Of a stretch of DNA of 64,000 nt, positions 1 through 11,056 are shown one piece after another. Source of the DNA: Nitrosopumilus sp. (GTDB lineage Archaea > Thermoproteota > Nitrososphaeria > Nitrososphaerales > Nitrosopumilaceae); contig OZ250186.1 of NCBI GenBank assembly GCA_965238275.1, positions 1,376,001 through 1,440,000 of the forward strand. Direction: 5' to 3'. Both the position numbers and the translations under genes were made by a program. A model generated the notes under the pieces. It ran no database searches, was not told the DNA's origin, and saw only the letters and a program-made list of their open reading frames with translations. Position 1 is the stretch's first letter. Every line of letters begins with the position of its first letter.

Positions 1-2082
1 GACGTGATAGTTCGGGATCTCAAGGAACGCGGCGCCCTGGTTAAGGTCGGCCGCATAAAACACAAGTATCCGCTCTGCTGGAGGTCGCACCACCCGGTCG
101 TGTGGCTTGCCAGGCGGGGGTGGTTCTACAAGCTGGACAGGCTGGATGACATGGCAGTGGATGCCGCGCAGGCAGTGGAGTATTTCTTTGAGCAGCCAAG
201 GAACCGGTTCCTTGGAATAATCAAGGAGAGGCACCCGTGGTGCATCTCAAGGGAGAGGGTGTGGGGCTGCCCGATGCCGGTATGGGACTGCATGGACTGC
301 GGCAAGAAGAACTGGCTCTTTACGCGCCAGGAGATAGTCGATGCGGCAGCAGACCTTCCAGACGGCCCTGACTTTGAACTGCACAGGCCGTGGATTGACC
401 GCATCACGACAAGGTGCTCAGGCTGCGGCGGCACCAACACCAAAAGGGAGGAGTTTGTCCTGGACACGTGGCACAACAGCGGTGCCGCGCCGTACTCGTC
501 GCTTACCGATCAGGAGTACTCTGAGGAGATTCCGGGGCCGTTCTTCACCGAGGGAATCGACCAGACCCGGGGATGGGCCTACACGCTGCTGATTGAAAAC
601 GTAATACTCCAGCGCGGGCCGGTCGCGCCATACAAGTCGTTTCTGTTCCAGGGGCACGTGCTGGACAAGAACGGCGGAAAGATGAGCAAGAGCAAGGGCA
701 ACGTGCTGGACGGCGCGGAGCTGCTGGAAAGATACCCCGCTGATCTGATCCGGCTCTACTTTATGTGGAAGGCAAGCCCGATAGAGCCGCTCAGCTTTGA
801 CACAGACGAGATGGTCTCGCGGCCGTACCAGATTATCAGCACCCTGTTCAACCTGCACCTCTACTTTCGGCAGAACAGCAGGTATGACGGCTTTGGGGAG
901 TCAAACGACCTGTCCTGGGCGCAGCAAAACGGCCTGCTGCTGCCGCCTGACACCTGGCTGCTCTCCAAGCTCCAGAAACTGATTCTGACTGTCACTGCCA
1001 AAAACGAGTCCTGCAGGTTCCATGAGGGCGCAAGGGCCATTGACGACTACATCATCAACACGCTGAGCCAGACGTACATCCCCATGACGCGCAGGGAGCT
1101 GTGGGACGAGGATGATGCAAAAAAGGATAGGCGAATGGCAGTGTATGCCGTGCTGGGCAGGGTGCTTGAGACACTCGATGTCCTGATTCACCCGTTGTGT
1201 CCCTTTACCAGCGAGTACCTGTACCAGACAGTGTTTGGGGCAGGGCCCAGTTTATTGCTTGAGTCGTGGCCGTCATACGACCCGTCCTTGGTAGATGATT
1301 CCCTGGAGGAGTCCTTTGACGCGGTACGAAGCGCGGTGTCAGTAGCTGCTGCTGCCCGCATGAAGGGAAAACTCAAGAGGAGGTGGCCGCTGGACGAGGC
1401 CAGGATCTGTGTCAGGCCGGGCCAGAAGAAGAGACTGGAGCCGCTTTTGGATCTGTTGCAGTCGCAGCTGAACGTCGAGAGGCTCAGCATTGCAGAGGTG
1501 CAGGCAGAATCGGGACCGGGACAGGTACTCGAGATGCGCCGGTTGGGAATGCCCGTAAAGGCGGCGGTGGATCTGGACCGGAAGAAGGTGGGGCCAAAAG
1601 CACGGCAGCACATGCCGGAACTTGTTGCAAGGTTTGCACAGACCGACCCCTGGGAGATAGTCGAGTCCCTGCAGGATGCCTCGGGATACGACTTTGAGGT
1701 TGACGGCAGCACCATATCCCTTGACGCTGCAGACTTTGCCGTCGTCCCTGATGCAGACGCAGGCTATGCCATGTCGGCAAGGGACGGCTATGCGGTGTTT
1801 GTCTCGGTTGCGCGAAACCGCGACATGATGGCAAGGGGGCTGGTCAAGGACGTTGCGCGGCGGCTGCAGACTCTGAGAAAGGAGAGGGGGCACAACCCCA
1901 CCGATCTCCTGGACGTTGCATGCATACTGGGCCTGGATTCGGAGTCCTTGGAGATGCTCAAGGAGAGATCAAAAGAGCTGGCATTTTTGGTCCGGGTCAG
2001 GCGCGTCTGCTTTGATGACTCCTGCAGCGAGTACAAGGAAGTCGACATTGACGGCCAGACCATCAGAATCTCGGTGGAGTAA
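1..2082 (+). CDS. ileS: isoleucyl-tRNA synthetase (5'-truncated by window edge)
   Basis: YPLCWRS, WCISRERVWG, EGIDQTRGW and KMSKS motifs; anticodon-binding and archaeal C-terminal region. Confidence 0.95.
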   Translation, partial: DVIVRDLKERGALVKVGRIKHKYPLCWRSHHPVVWLARRGWFYKLDRLDDMAVDAAQAVEYFFEQPRNRFLGIIKERHPWCISRERVWGCPMPVWDCMDCGKKNWLFTRQEIVDAAADLPDGPDFELHRPWIDRITTRCSGCGGTNTKREEFVLDTWHNSGAAPYSSLTDQEYSEEIPGPFFTEGIDQTRGWAYTLLIENVILQRGPVAPYKSFLFQGHVLDKNGGKMSKSKGNVLDGAELLERYPADLIRLYFMWKASPIEPLSFDTDEMVSRPYQIISTLFNLHLYFRQNSRYDGFGESNDLSWAQQNGLLLPPDTWLLSKLQKLILTVTAKNESCRFHEGARAIDDYIINTLSQTYIPMTRRELWDEDDAKKDRRMAVYAVLGRVLETLDVLIHPLCPFTSEYLYQTVFGAGPSLLLESWPSYDPSLVDDSLEESFDAVRSAVSVAAAARMKGKLKRRWPLDEARICVRPGQKKRLEPLLDLLQSQLNVERLSIAEVQAESGPGQVLEMRRLGMPVKAAVDLDRKKVGPKARQHMPELVARFAQTDPWEIVESLQDASGYDFEVDGSTISLDAADFAVVPDADAGYAMSARDGYAVFVSVARNRDMMARGLVKDVARRLQTLRKERGHNPTDLLDVACILGLDSESLEMLKERSKELAFLVRVRRVCFDDSCSEYKEVDIDGQTIRISVE

Positions 2083-2439
2083 GCGGCGGCGGCAACAACA
2101 GCAGCAGCAGGAAACTGCGCATCGCTGCAGACGGCACACGCCGGTCTGCCTGACTGGCATGCAGGCGGCCACGCGTGAGTCTCATTGAAAAGGATCCAAT
2201 CTGAAGATCCCTGGCTGTCTTCGGGACGGTTTGTCATGGCATCCTCTCTCATGTTAACTTCTGACTCGATTTACATCTTCGAAGAAAGGCTCCCGACACA
2301 TGTAATCCATGCGTCCGTTGTTGCCGGCGTCGTTGGGTGCGGATTTTTTTTATAACCGGCAGGGCATCATTAAGATATCTGGCATTCTGGCCGGTTGTTC
2401 TTTTTCCATCACTGGTCATATTGGCAAACCGGTCATGAC

Positions 2440-2625
2440 GCCTGCTTGGCTGGCCGGCGGGGCGTTGCCGGTGAATGGTTCCAGTCTTGAGATACCCTGC
2501 CCAGTCTCTGGATGTGCCGCAGCCGCGTCACGCGTACCTCCATTGCCACGGTATCGTATCCGTGTCCTTTTTTAGCTGCCCAATGACGCAACGTATGGAC
2601 TTGTCGTCAGTCCGTTTTGGCCTCG
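2440..2625 (-). pseudogene. possible transposase N-terminal HTH remnant
   Basis: minus-strand pieces KRTDDKSIRCVIGQLKK and VAMEVRVTRLRHIQRL in different frames resemble archaeal IS HTH N-termini. Confidence 0.3.
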
Positions 2626-2938
2626 CCGTCTCCTTTGTTCCATGCAGCTTGAAGCAGCATTGGTAAGTGTTCACGTGGTTTGAGAAAATTGCTTAATTCA
2701 GACACGAATTTGGTGTGCTTTGGTAACATTCCTTGTTTTTCTAGGCACGACGTGAACACATACCAGCATTGCATGGTGCGCATGAGTGTTTTCAGGCGGA
2801 ATGATTTTTGTACGATATATAAGTATATATTAAACAATGCATTTATTAGATGATCATATTCCTGAAGATTCTGTAAATGAATTTATTAAGTAAATTTGTG
2901 TTTAGTTACCTAAGTGACGTAGAGGTGTCATGTTATAA

Positions 2939-5900
2939 ATGAACCACATTCTGCCTGCCATGCTCTGCCTTGGGATGCTCCTTGTGGGGGTTGGGTCTGC
3001 CCACGCGCAGGTGTCGGCAAACGTAACCTCCGACACTGCCAATGGCACCTATACGGAGGGTTCCATTGATGTCCGGATGATATTTTCAGAGAACCTAACC
3101 TTTGAAGAGTTCAATATCGTTGATGGCGAACATGGTTTTGAAGAACTTGAACAGGCATATTCCATCACGACGACCCAAATTGGAGACAAACATTACGCCC
3201 TGGTCGCAGCTTACGGCGACAGCGGCGTCCAGATAATAGATATAACCAACCCTGCAAGCCCCGTGGCAACTGCCAACATAACTGACGGCTCAGACGGCTT
3301 CGACGTACTTAACGGAGCATATTCTGTCACGACGACCCGGCCTACATATTCACCGGATCTCAACCCAGTCGAGATGGTCTGGAAAGAACTCAAAATAGCC
3401 AACGGCCTGTACCGGCGTGTGGAGGACATGACGGGAGCCATGGACGAGATGATTCAGTCAGGAAGCAATCATTACGCCCTAGTCGCAGCTAACGGCGACA
3501 GCGGCGTCCAGATAATCGACATAAGGCAGGCGCCCAACCCTGCCATGGCTTTTGGGGAGCCCCGTGGCAACTGCCAACATAACTGACGACTCAGACGGCC
3601 TCAAGCCGATTCCGCAGGTCCAGCAACGGCGTGGACTTAATGACTCCGGTCTATGCGGCTTCACGGGAGGAGTCATCCATCACGACAATTCAGATTGCCC
3701 GGATGTCATTGGCAGATATTCCCTCCATCCCCCCTACGCCGGTGTTTTTCTCCGGTCGCAGCTGGGAGTGATATGATACCCGGTGAAACGACGACGGCTG
3801 TCCATTCCGGATAATCGGGACACTTAACGGAATTCTGTCCGACGACCCTGCATTAGCCCCAGCTGGCAAGCGGCGTCCTGCCAACATAACTGCCAACATA
3901 ACTGAACTCACGGCTTCGGCGTACTTAACTACGGCTTTGGAAGCAGGCGTCGCAGCTTACGACGACGGCGTCCAGCGACATAACCAACCCTGCAAGCCCC
4001 GTTCCATAACTCACAGACGGCTTTGGCGTGCTTACGCACATTCCATCACAACACCCAAATTGGAAACAGCCATTACGCCCTAGTCGCATCCTACTGGAAC
4101 GACGACGGCGTCCAGATAATCGACATAACCAACCCTGCAAGCCCCGTGGCAACTGCCAACATAACTGACGGTTCAGGCGGTTTTGATACCCTTTTTGAAT
4201 CACGTTCTGTCACGACGACCCAAATTGGAAACAGCCATTATGGTTGCATCTAGCGGCGACCACGGCGTCCAGATAATAGACATAACCAACCCTGCAAGCC
4301 CCGTGGCAACTGCCAGCATAACTGACGACTCGGGAGGCTTTGGCGAACTTAACGGAGCATATTCTGTCACGACGACCCAAATTGGAAACAGCCATTACGC
4401 CCTGGTTGCATCTAACGGCGACCACGGCGTCCAGATAATAGACATAACCAACCCTGCAAGCCCCGTGGCAACTGCCAACATAACTGACGGTTCAGGCGGT
4501 TTTGATACCCTTTCTGGTCCACGTTCTGTCACGACGACCCAAATTGGAAGCAGCCATTACGCCCTGGTCGCATCTAGCGGCGACCACGGTGTCCAGGTAA
4601 TCGACATCACAAATCCCGCCTACCCAATAAACCCGCTTTTGCCATTCATTGCACTGGACACCACTCCGCCTGCACGTGCAGTATACAAGGAATTGGCAAG
4701 CGATACCCTGATCTTTGAGTATGATGTGAGGAAATACGACTATTCTCCTCGCCTTGCGTATACTGGAACGGACGCATTTCATGTCAATTCTTACACATTG
4801 ACGGATGGCAATGGTACATCCATCCCAACAGCGCTGCCCCAACCAGGGAGTATCGGTTCGCTTAGCTACAACAAGGCTATCCAAATCGGTCTGACTCCGC
4901 CTAACCACATCAACCCTGTTATTCACAACACTGGTGCAGTAACAGTAAGTCAGGGTGCGACATTCGTCTCGTCGGTCACGTGTACTGATGACGTTGACAA
5001 CCCCAAGAATATACTCCCGGATGCTGCAGTAGATACAAGCGAATTGGGCACGCAGACTGTGGCCTACACCTGTGCTGACAGTTCCGGCAACACCGTGACT
5101 GCAACTCAGAGTGTCAGAGTCACGCATGACCGCACGCTGCCCACCATTGTCATCCCCAGCGACAACCCTCTGACAATAACCGAGGGTGACCCGTACTCCG
5201 ATCCTGTGGCCACGTGTACTGATGACGTTGATGCACTTCTGCCTCCCCAACTCTCACCACTTCTGGCACGGTAAATTCAACCACCCCAAGCACGTATACT
5301 GTAACCTACACCTGTACTGACCGTTCCAACACCGCGACTGCCATCTTGAAAGTGATTGTCAAGATAGACGTCGCACCGTATGTAGATTCCATTGAGACAA
5401 GAGAACCTGACACCATAATCGTGACCATGTCTGAGAATGTGCAGAGCGTGACCACTACTACCGGATTTACCATATCTGGTATCGTGTCCGACTCTTCCAT
5501 CTTCATCAGTAGCGTTACATCCCTTTATGATATAATCACGTTGAGCTTGTCTGGTGGCATGCTTGATTCTGACTCTCCCCGGCTAGCCTACAACGACACC
5601 ACCGGCTCCATAACGGATCTCAGAGGCAAGTCTCTTGCAAGATTTGACGAGGCAGTGAAAAACACCCTTGACACCACGGCCCCGACGGTGCGCTCTGTCA
5701 CGATAGACAACTCCGGCACCGTCTACGTCAGGCTGTCCGAGGTCGTCTTTGAGGATCCAGTAAACGGACCAGGTGTCTTTACCACCAGCAACTCGTCAAT
5801 TACAGTGTCACCAGCTGTCGTATCCGGATCCACCATCACGATGACACTCGACCCGATACCAGACGACGAGGCCCTGACACTCATCTATACCAGAGGTGCG

Positions 5901-6866
5901 GGAACTATTGCAGACGCAAAGGGCAACTTTCTGGCCAGCTTTGATGACGAGCCAATAAACAAAAAGTCGCGCAAGCGCTCCTCCTCCTCCACATCCGCGC
6001 CGGCAGTGGATCTTGCCTCCCTGCAGTCGTTGGGCTACATGGATTCCTCCAACATTACTAATCCGCATGATCCGCTTGCACCCATAACCCCCATGAATGC
6101 AGATGACTCGTCCAACTTTGCAATCGCCATAAACGACAGTCACTACCTACTGGGTGGCAGCCTGAACACGCTGGAGCCCCAGACCCTCCTGACCGGAGTC
6201 CCCAACACCATCAGCTTTGCCGTGTATGACCACGCAGAAATAGCACACTTTACCCTATACATGAACCTGCACGGACAGAACACCGAATACCGAGACAGCG
6301 ACACCTACGTCACGTATGACATGGGCAACATCCGGATAGTCGACCCGCACGATCTCATCGCAGACGCCACAGTCTCCATCAAGACCAGCGAGGCAGATTC
6401 GGTAAGACACATAGTCGTATTCAGTATCACGTTTGAAGACGAGATGGAACAGACCAATCTTGTAGTCAGGACGTGGAACACCAATGCGTCCTTTACAATG
6501 GTACGAATCCTGAATGCATTCGAGGTGGTAACGCCTGTATCTGAGGCGGTAACGGAACCAGAGTCCGCAGTGGATCCCGAACCCGTAACCGTGCCCGGCG
6601 TGGATCCAAAATCCGTTGAGGATTCCGTGATTGGGCTTGGCAGTACCACAGCAGACAAAAACACGCCTGAAACGATAATCCGCATGTGGTCCGGGTTTGC
6701 ACCAGAGTCTGCAACCGACAGGGAACTCCTTGCTGTGCTTGACCTGGAACCAGATGGAAACCTTCCTGACTGGACGATGACGCATCTGGGAACCCTGTTC
6801 TCCAAGGACCAGATTAGCCTAGACGAGTTTGTCACTGCCATCTCATACGTGCTTGAAAACTCCTGA
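2939..6866 (+). pseudogene. large secreted surface protein (LVIVD-like propeller repeats, DUF5011-like Ig domains, thaumarchaeal C-terminal domain), split by frameshifts
   Basis: signal peptide at 2939; 54-aa repeats HYALVA..D.GVQIIDITNPASPVATANITD; TCTDDVD/TYTCTD Ig repeats; ORFs 2939-3586, 4023-4253, 4183-5274 and 5346-6866 join across frameshifts (e.g. near 5235). Confidence 0.8.
3339..3460 (+). mobile_element. IS630-family transposase C-terminal fragment inserted in frame
   Basis: PTYSPDLNPVEMVWKELK matches the IS630/Tc1 P.YSPDLNP.E..W..LK motif; it interrupts a propeller repeat. Confidence 0.85.
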
Positions 6867-7042
6867 CGGCACGCCTGTTCTGGATAACAGCACACAGGGC
6901 AAAAAACCACACCGGTTTTCTCATTCCCTGGCGCAATACCTGAATGTGGAATTGAACCCATTATGACCATGCTGCGCGGCAATCCGCCACGGCAGGGAAT
7001 TATTCCCCGACATATTTTTATTAGAATCGCAAACTGGAAAAA

Positions 7043-7633
7043 ATGATGGCCGGTAAAAAGACGCCAAACGTGGTCGGAATCAACATTCTCAAACAAAACG
7101 GCCTTGACGTGGATGAACTCAAGAGGGTCCTGATCCACAACGCCTCAGTCGAGTTTACCGCGTACTATTACTTTACCAACCTGAGGGCGCACTGCACCGG
7201 CATGGACGGGGAGGGCCTCAAGGGAATCATCGAGGATGCAAGGCTTGAGGATCTCAGCCACTTTGAGTCGTGCCTTGAGAGGATCTACCAGCTCGGAGGC
7301 TCCCTTCCAAACGATGCTGCCGGGTTCATCAAGATGTCCGGCTGCGAGTTCCTGCAGCTTCCAAAGAACCCGACTGACCACAAGGCGATACTGGAAAAGT
7401 GCCTCAAGGCAGAACAGGGGGCGATCGTCAACTGGGACAAGGTCTGCAAGATGACGATGGGAAAGGATCCTGCAACGTACGACATCGCCAAGGACATCCT
7501 GGCAGAAGAGATCGAGCACGAGTCGTGGTTCCTGGAACTGCTGTATGGCAGGCCTTCGGGGCACATGAGAAGGAGATACTCCGGCGAGAGGCCGCACACC
7601 AAGAGGCACTCCCGGGCGCTTGACATGGCCTGA
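7043..7633 (+). CDS. dpsl: DPS-like (DPSL) ferritin-family protein
   Basis: EFTAYYYFT, EDARLEDLSHFE, EEIEHESWF di-iron motifs; SGC; C-terminal GRPSGH. Confidence 0.88.
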   Translation: MMAGKKTPNVVGINILKQNGLDVDELKRVLIHNASVEFTAYYYFTNLRAHCTGMDGEGLKGIIEDARLEDLSHFESCLERIYQLGGSLPNDAAGFIKMSGCEFLQLPKNPTDHKAILEKCLKAEQGAIVNWDKVCKMTMGKDPATYDIAKDILAEEIEHESWFLELLYGRPSGHMRRRYSGERPHTKRHSRALDMA

Positions 7634-7702
7634 GAAAAGGGGTTCGCACCGCCTGCAGACGACCCACCTGCTGCTTAAATAGAAAAATTATGTATTGATG
7701 GC

Positions 7703-8041
7703 ATGACCGGACAGATCAGCCTTGATGCGTTTCACATCAGCCATCTCTCGGAGCTGCTGACGAAGGGATCCGAGATAGTCAAAAAGACCGGCATGCCAAT
7801 CATCCTGTACCGGCAGACGCTGGAGGAGGAAGACGACTCATACGAGGAGATAGTCTGCTCCCTTACGCCGCGCCACGTGATAGAGCAGGTGGTGGTGTCG
7901 GGGGGGATGATCGTCCCGACCTTTCGCCAGCAGAACGCCTATACATTTGGGGAATACTCCAAGATGCTTCAGCAAAAGAGCGCAGACAGGTTTCTGGAGG
8001 TCGTGGCCATCCTTGAGGAGCACCTTGCCCAGGTATCATAG
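7703..8041 (+). CDS. conserved thaumarchaeal hypothetical protein
   Basis: 112-aa ORF with AT-rich promoter upstream; fits between dpsl and sucC. Confidence 0.75.
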   Translation: MTGQISLDAFHISHLSELLTKGSEIVKKTGMPIILYRQTLEEEDDSYEEIVCSLTPRHVIEQVVVSGGMIVPTFRQQNAYTFGEYSKMLQQKSADRFLEVVAILEEHLAQVS

Positions 8042-8071
8042 TTAATAAATACCGGCCATTCAGTATTTTGC

Positions 8072-9178
8072 ATGCGCCTACTTGAGTTTCAGGCAAAGGA
8101 GCTTTTTCGCGAATACGGAATCAACCTGCTTGAGAGCAAGGCCTCGCATGACATAGCAGACGGCAGGGTGCACGCAAAAGAACTGGGGTACCCGTTTGTG
8201 ATAAAGATCCAGGTTCCGGTGGGCGGAAGGGGCAAGGCCGGGGGAATACAAAGATGCCACAACCCCGACGAGTTTGAGCTGCGGTACCCGCAGGTAATGG
8301 GCCTGACCATCAAGGGGGAGAAGGCAAGGGCCGTACTGCTTGAGAAGATGGCCGACATCAAAAAGGAGCTGTACCTTTCGCTGTTTCTGAACCGTTCCAA
8401 GAGGTGTTATACCGTCATTGCCTCTGCAGACGGCGGCGTCGAGATAGAGTCGGTAAAAAACCAGATAATCGTGGAGGTGGGACTCGGCGAGGTGTCCGGC
8501 GGGGTCGCAGCAGACATTGCGCGGCGAATGGGACTCGAGGGATCCATCGCAGACGGATTCGTGGACACCCTGATGAAACTATCCCGGCTTGCAGTGGACA
8601 AGGAGGCAGAGCTTGCAGAGATAAACCCGCTTGCGATCATGAACGATGACACCGTGATGGCACTTGACGGCAAGTTTGTCACAGACGACAACGGCAACTT
8701 TAGGCACCCAGAGATGGAAAAGTACCAGGAAAAGTCCGAGATTGAGAGAATGGCAGAGAAGAGCGGATTCTCGCTGGTGGAGCTTGACGGGGACATCGCG
8801 GTGGTCGGAAACGGCGCGGGACTCGTAATGTCGACCCTTGACATGCTGTCTGATAACGGCGGCAGGCCGGCGTGCTTTTTGGACGTGGGCGGCAGCGCCA
8901 CCACAAAGTCCGTGTACGAGGCACTCACGCTGATAAGCAGGATCGACCGCGTCAAGGGGATCCTGGTGAACCTGTATGGAGGGATAGTAAAGACGACTGT
9001 GGTGGCCGAGGCGTTCCTGCAGGCATACGACAGCAACCTGATTGACGTGCCGGTATTCTCCAGGCTGAAGGGGACGGAATCTGACAAGGCGCGCGAGATG
9101 CTTGAGGGATCCAGGACCAGGATATTTGACTCGCTAGAGGATGCAATCAACTCTGCGGTAACGGAGGTAAACAGTTGA
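8072..9178 (+). CDS. sucC: succinyl-CoA synthetase beta subunit
   Basis: MRLLEFQAKELF, GGRGKAGG, EINPL, GNGAGLVMSTLD, FLDVGG. Confidence 0.96.
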   Translation: MRLLEFQAKELFREYGINLLESKASHDIADGRVHAKELGYPFVIKIQVPVGGRGKAGGIQRCHNPDEFELRYPQVMGLTIKGEKARAVLLEKMADIKKELYLSLFLNRSKRCYTVIASADGGVEIESVKNQIIVEVGLGEVSGGVAADIARRMGLEGSIADGFVDTLMKLSRLAVDKEAELAEINPLAIMNDDTVMALDGKFVTDDNGNFRHPEMEKYQEKSEIERMAEKSGFSLVELDGDIAVVGNGAGLVMSTLDMLSDNGGRPACFLDVGGSATTKSVYEALTLISRIDRVKGILVNLYGGIVKTTVVAEAFLQAYDSNLIDVPVFSRLKGTESDKAREMLEGSRTRIFDSLEDAINSAVTEVNS

Positions 9179-10092
9179 GCGACATATTTGAGATTCTCCG
9201 CGGCGTGCCAGGAGAGCCTGACTATGAACGAAAGGGCGTGATAGTGCAGGGCATTACAGGCGCGTACGGCTCGCTGCACACGAGAAACATGATTGCCTAC
9301 GGGACAAACGTTGTGGCAGGCGTGACTCCCGGAAAGGGGGGGCAGAAGTTTGATGGCACCATTCCAATATACAATACCGTGCAGGAGGCAGTGGCCGCTA
9401 CCGGCGCGGCAATATCGGCAGTGTTTGTTCCTGCCAAGTTCTTTTTGCCTGCCGCGCACGAGGCACTGGGTGCGGGAATCAAGCTGTTTGTCGCGATTCC
9501 CGAGCACGTGCCGGTCCGGGACACCATGACTGTCCTTGACATTGCAGAACAAAAGGGCGCGATAATCATCGGGCCCAACACGCCCGGAGTCATGATTCCG
9601 GAGGTGATTAAGATTGGAATCATGCCGCCCACCCCGTTCAAGATGGGCAGGATTGCCGTGCTCTCCAAGAGCGGCACCCTGCTGTACGAGATATCTGACG
9701 CCCTGACCAGCGCCGGGTTCGGCCAGTCCATCACGATTGGGATAGGCGGGGATCCTGTGAACGGCACCAGGCTTGTGGACGCATTCGAGATGGTAAAGGA
9801 TTCGCCGGACCTTGACGGGCTGGTGATAGTAGGCGAGATAGGGGGGGACTCCGAGGAGATCCTGGCCCAGAGGATAATGGATTGCGGGTTTGACAAGCCT
9901 GCCGTGGCATACATTGCAGGAAGGGCGGCGCCCAAGGAGAAGAGGATGGGCCATGCAGGCGCCATAGTGATGGGGACGTACGGCTCTGCCGAGTCCAAGA
10001 TATCCATGTTCAACAAGGCAAACATCCCGGTGGCCAAGAGGCCCGCAGAGGTGCCCGTGCTTCTTGCAGGAAAGATGGGCAAATCCGATTAG
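9175..10092 (+). CDS. sucD: succinyl-CoA synthetase alpha subunit
   Basis: VQGITG, GVTPGKGG, IGPNTPG, GIGGDP, RMGHAGA (phospho-His). Confidence 0.96.
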   Translation: MSDIFEILRGVPGEPDYERKGVIVQGITGAYGSLHTRNMIAYGTNVVAGVTPGKGGQKFDGTIPIYNTVQEAVAATGAAISAVFVPAKFFLPAAHEALGAGIKLFVAIPEHVPVRDTMTVLDIAEQKGAIIIGPNTPGVMIPEVIKIGIMPPTPFKMGRIAVLSKSGTLLYEISDALTSAGFGQSITIGIGGDPVNGTRLVDAFEMVKDSPDLDGLVIVGEIGGDSEEILAQRIMDCGFDKPAVAYIAGRAAPKEKRMGHAGAIVMGTYGSAESKISMFNKANIPVAKRPAEVPVLLAGKMGKSD

Positions 10093-10122
10093 AATAAAAG
10101 AGAGGAATCCGGGAAGAGTCTG

Positions 10123-10334
10123 ATGCCTGTTACTGATCCTGAAAAGAAGCGCATAGCGCAGAATGCCCGCCTTATCATGCAGATATGCTTCAACTGCGGG
10201 TGCAGAAACGACATCAAGGCCACGCGGTGCAGAAAGTGCAGGAACAATGATGATGGTAGCGGCACGGCTTCTGCGTGGTTCTCAGACGGCCGTACCTGCG
10301 GCTCAAGAACCGCAACATGGGCGCCAAAAAGTAG
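10123..10334 (+). CDS. rpl40e: 50S ribosomal protein L40e, interrupted by a 44-nt insert (10246-10289)
   Basis: 10123-10245 MPVTDPEKKRIAQ...CFNCGCRN...RCRKCRN plus 10290-10334 PYLRLKNRNMGAKK* join into a canonical 55-aa L40e. Confidence 0.9.
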
Positions 10335-10586
10335 ATTCTGAACCGGTCGTTTTCAGGAATACGGTTCTGGTCAGTTTTAGCGATTAGTTTACCAAAATTT
10401 TACAGCAAGGCTCGACGTGCAGTAAACTCGCCTTGGATCACGGGTTTTGCAATTAATTACAAGAGACTCATTTTGGAATACTTTTGGCAAAGTACCGTCA
10501 TATGGCAAAATCGAATTCGTAGAAGATCCCAAAGTTCATTTTTGAACAATGAACGGCAGAGATCACTCGAATTTACGAGCCATCTG

Positions 10587-10799
10587 CTACTTGAGAAAGT
10601 CTTCGCGTGTCAATCCCGACTGCGTGATTATGGATATCAGAGTTCCTTTCTTCATCTCCTTCCTTTGCGGGATTGTGACCTTATGTTTCCCATCTGTCAT
10701 GTACATGTGGCTTCCGGTTTGTCCGGTCTGCCAGAACCCATGCTTGCGCAGTATGCTCAGAATGTCTCTTGATGACAGAACGGGTAATTTTCTAGACAC
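10587..10799 (-). CDS. hicA: HicA-family toxin
   Basis: ILRKHGF..GQTGSH.YM, VTIP..KE.KKGTL.SI. Confidence 0.9.
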   Translation of the reverse strand: MSRKLPVLSSRDILSILRKHGFWQTGQTGSHMYMTDGKHKVTIPQRKEMKKGTLISIITQSGLTREDFLK

Positions 10800-11016
10800 T
10801 GATCTCGATCACTTTGCTTTTTTTGGTGTTTTGTAGCATCTCCTTTTCTTCTGGAAACGATTCAAAATAACCATTCACGGCATCAGTCATCATCTCTGCA
10901 AGTTCTGATTCTGTCTCAGCTTGAGTTATGATTCCCGGAAATTCTATGCATTGCGCGCTAAATCCGCCTTCGTCTTCACTGCGTACCGTAAAAGAGAGCC
11001 TGCTTTTCTGTTTCAT
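10792..11016 (-). CDS. hicB: short HicB-family antitoxin
   Basis: EDEGGFSAQCIEFPGIITQAETESEL..M..DAV; overlaps the hicA start; TTTTATAC box about 25 nt upstream of the ATG. Confidence 0.88.
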   Translation of the reverse strand: MKQKSRLSFTVRSEDEGGFSAQCIEFPGIITQAETESELAEMMTDAVNGYFESFPEEKEMLQNTKKSKVIEISV

Positions 11017-11056
11017 GAATATGTTGGTCGGACGTAGTATAAAATCAATTGTTTCC

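Noticed and set aside
3130-4620. CRISPR-like repeat/spacer array
   Set aside because: Units are 162-bp protein-coding repeats, the inserts are irregular in size and position, and no cas genes are present.
8407-9954. Long antisense ORFs (also 19608-20774, 36867-37871, 38157-39404 and others)
   Set aside because: They are shadows of GC-rich or repetitive sense genes and carry no independent motifs.
10236-10298. Canonical BHB at the rpl40e insert junctions
   Set aside because: The required 4-bp central helix (AGGA with AGAC) does not pair, and the few shifted junctions I tried also failed.
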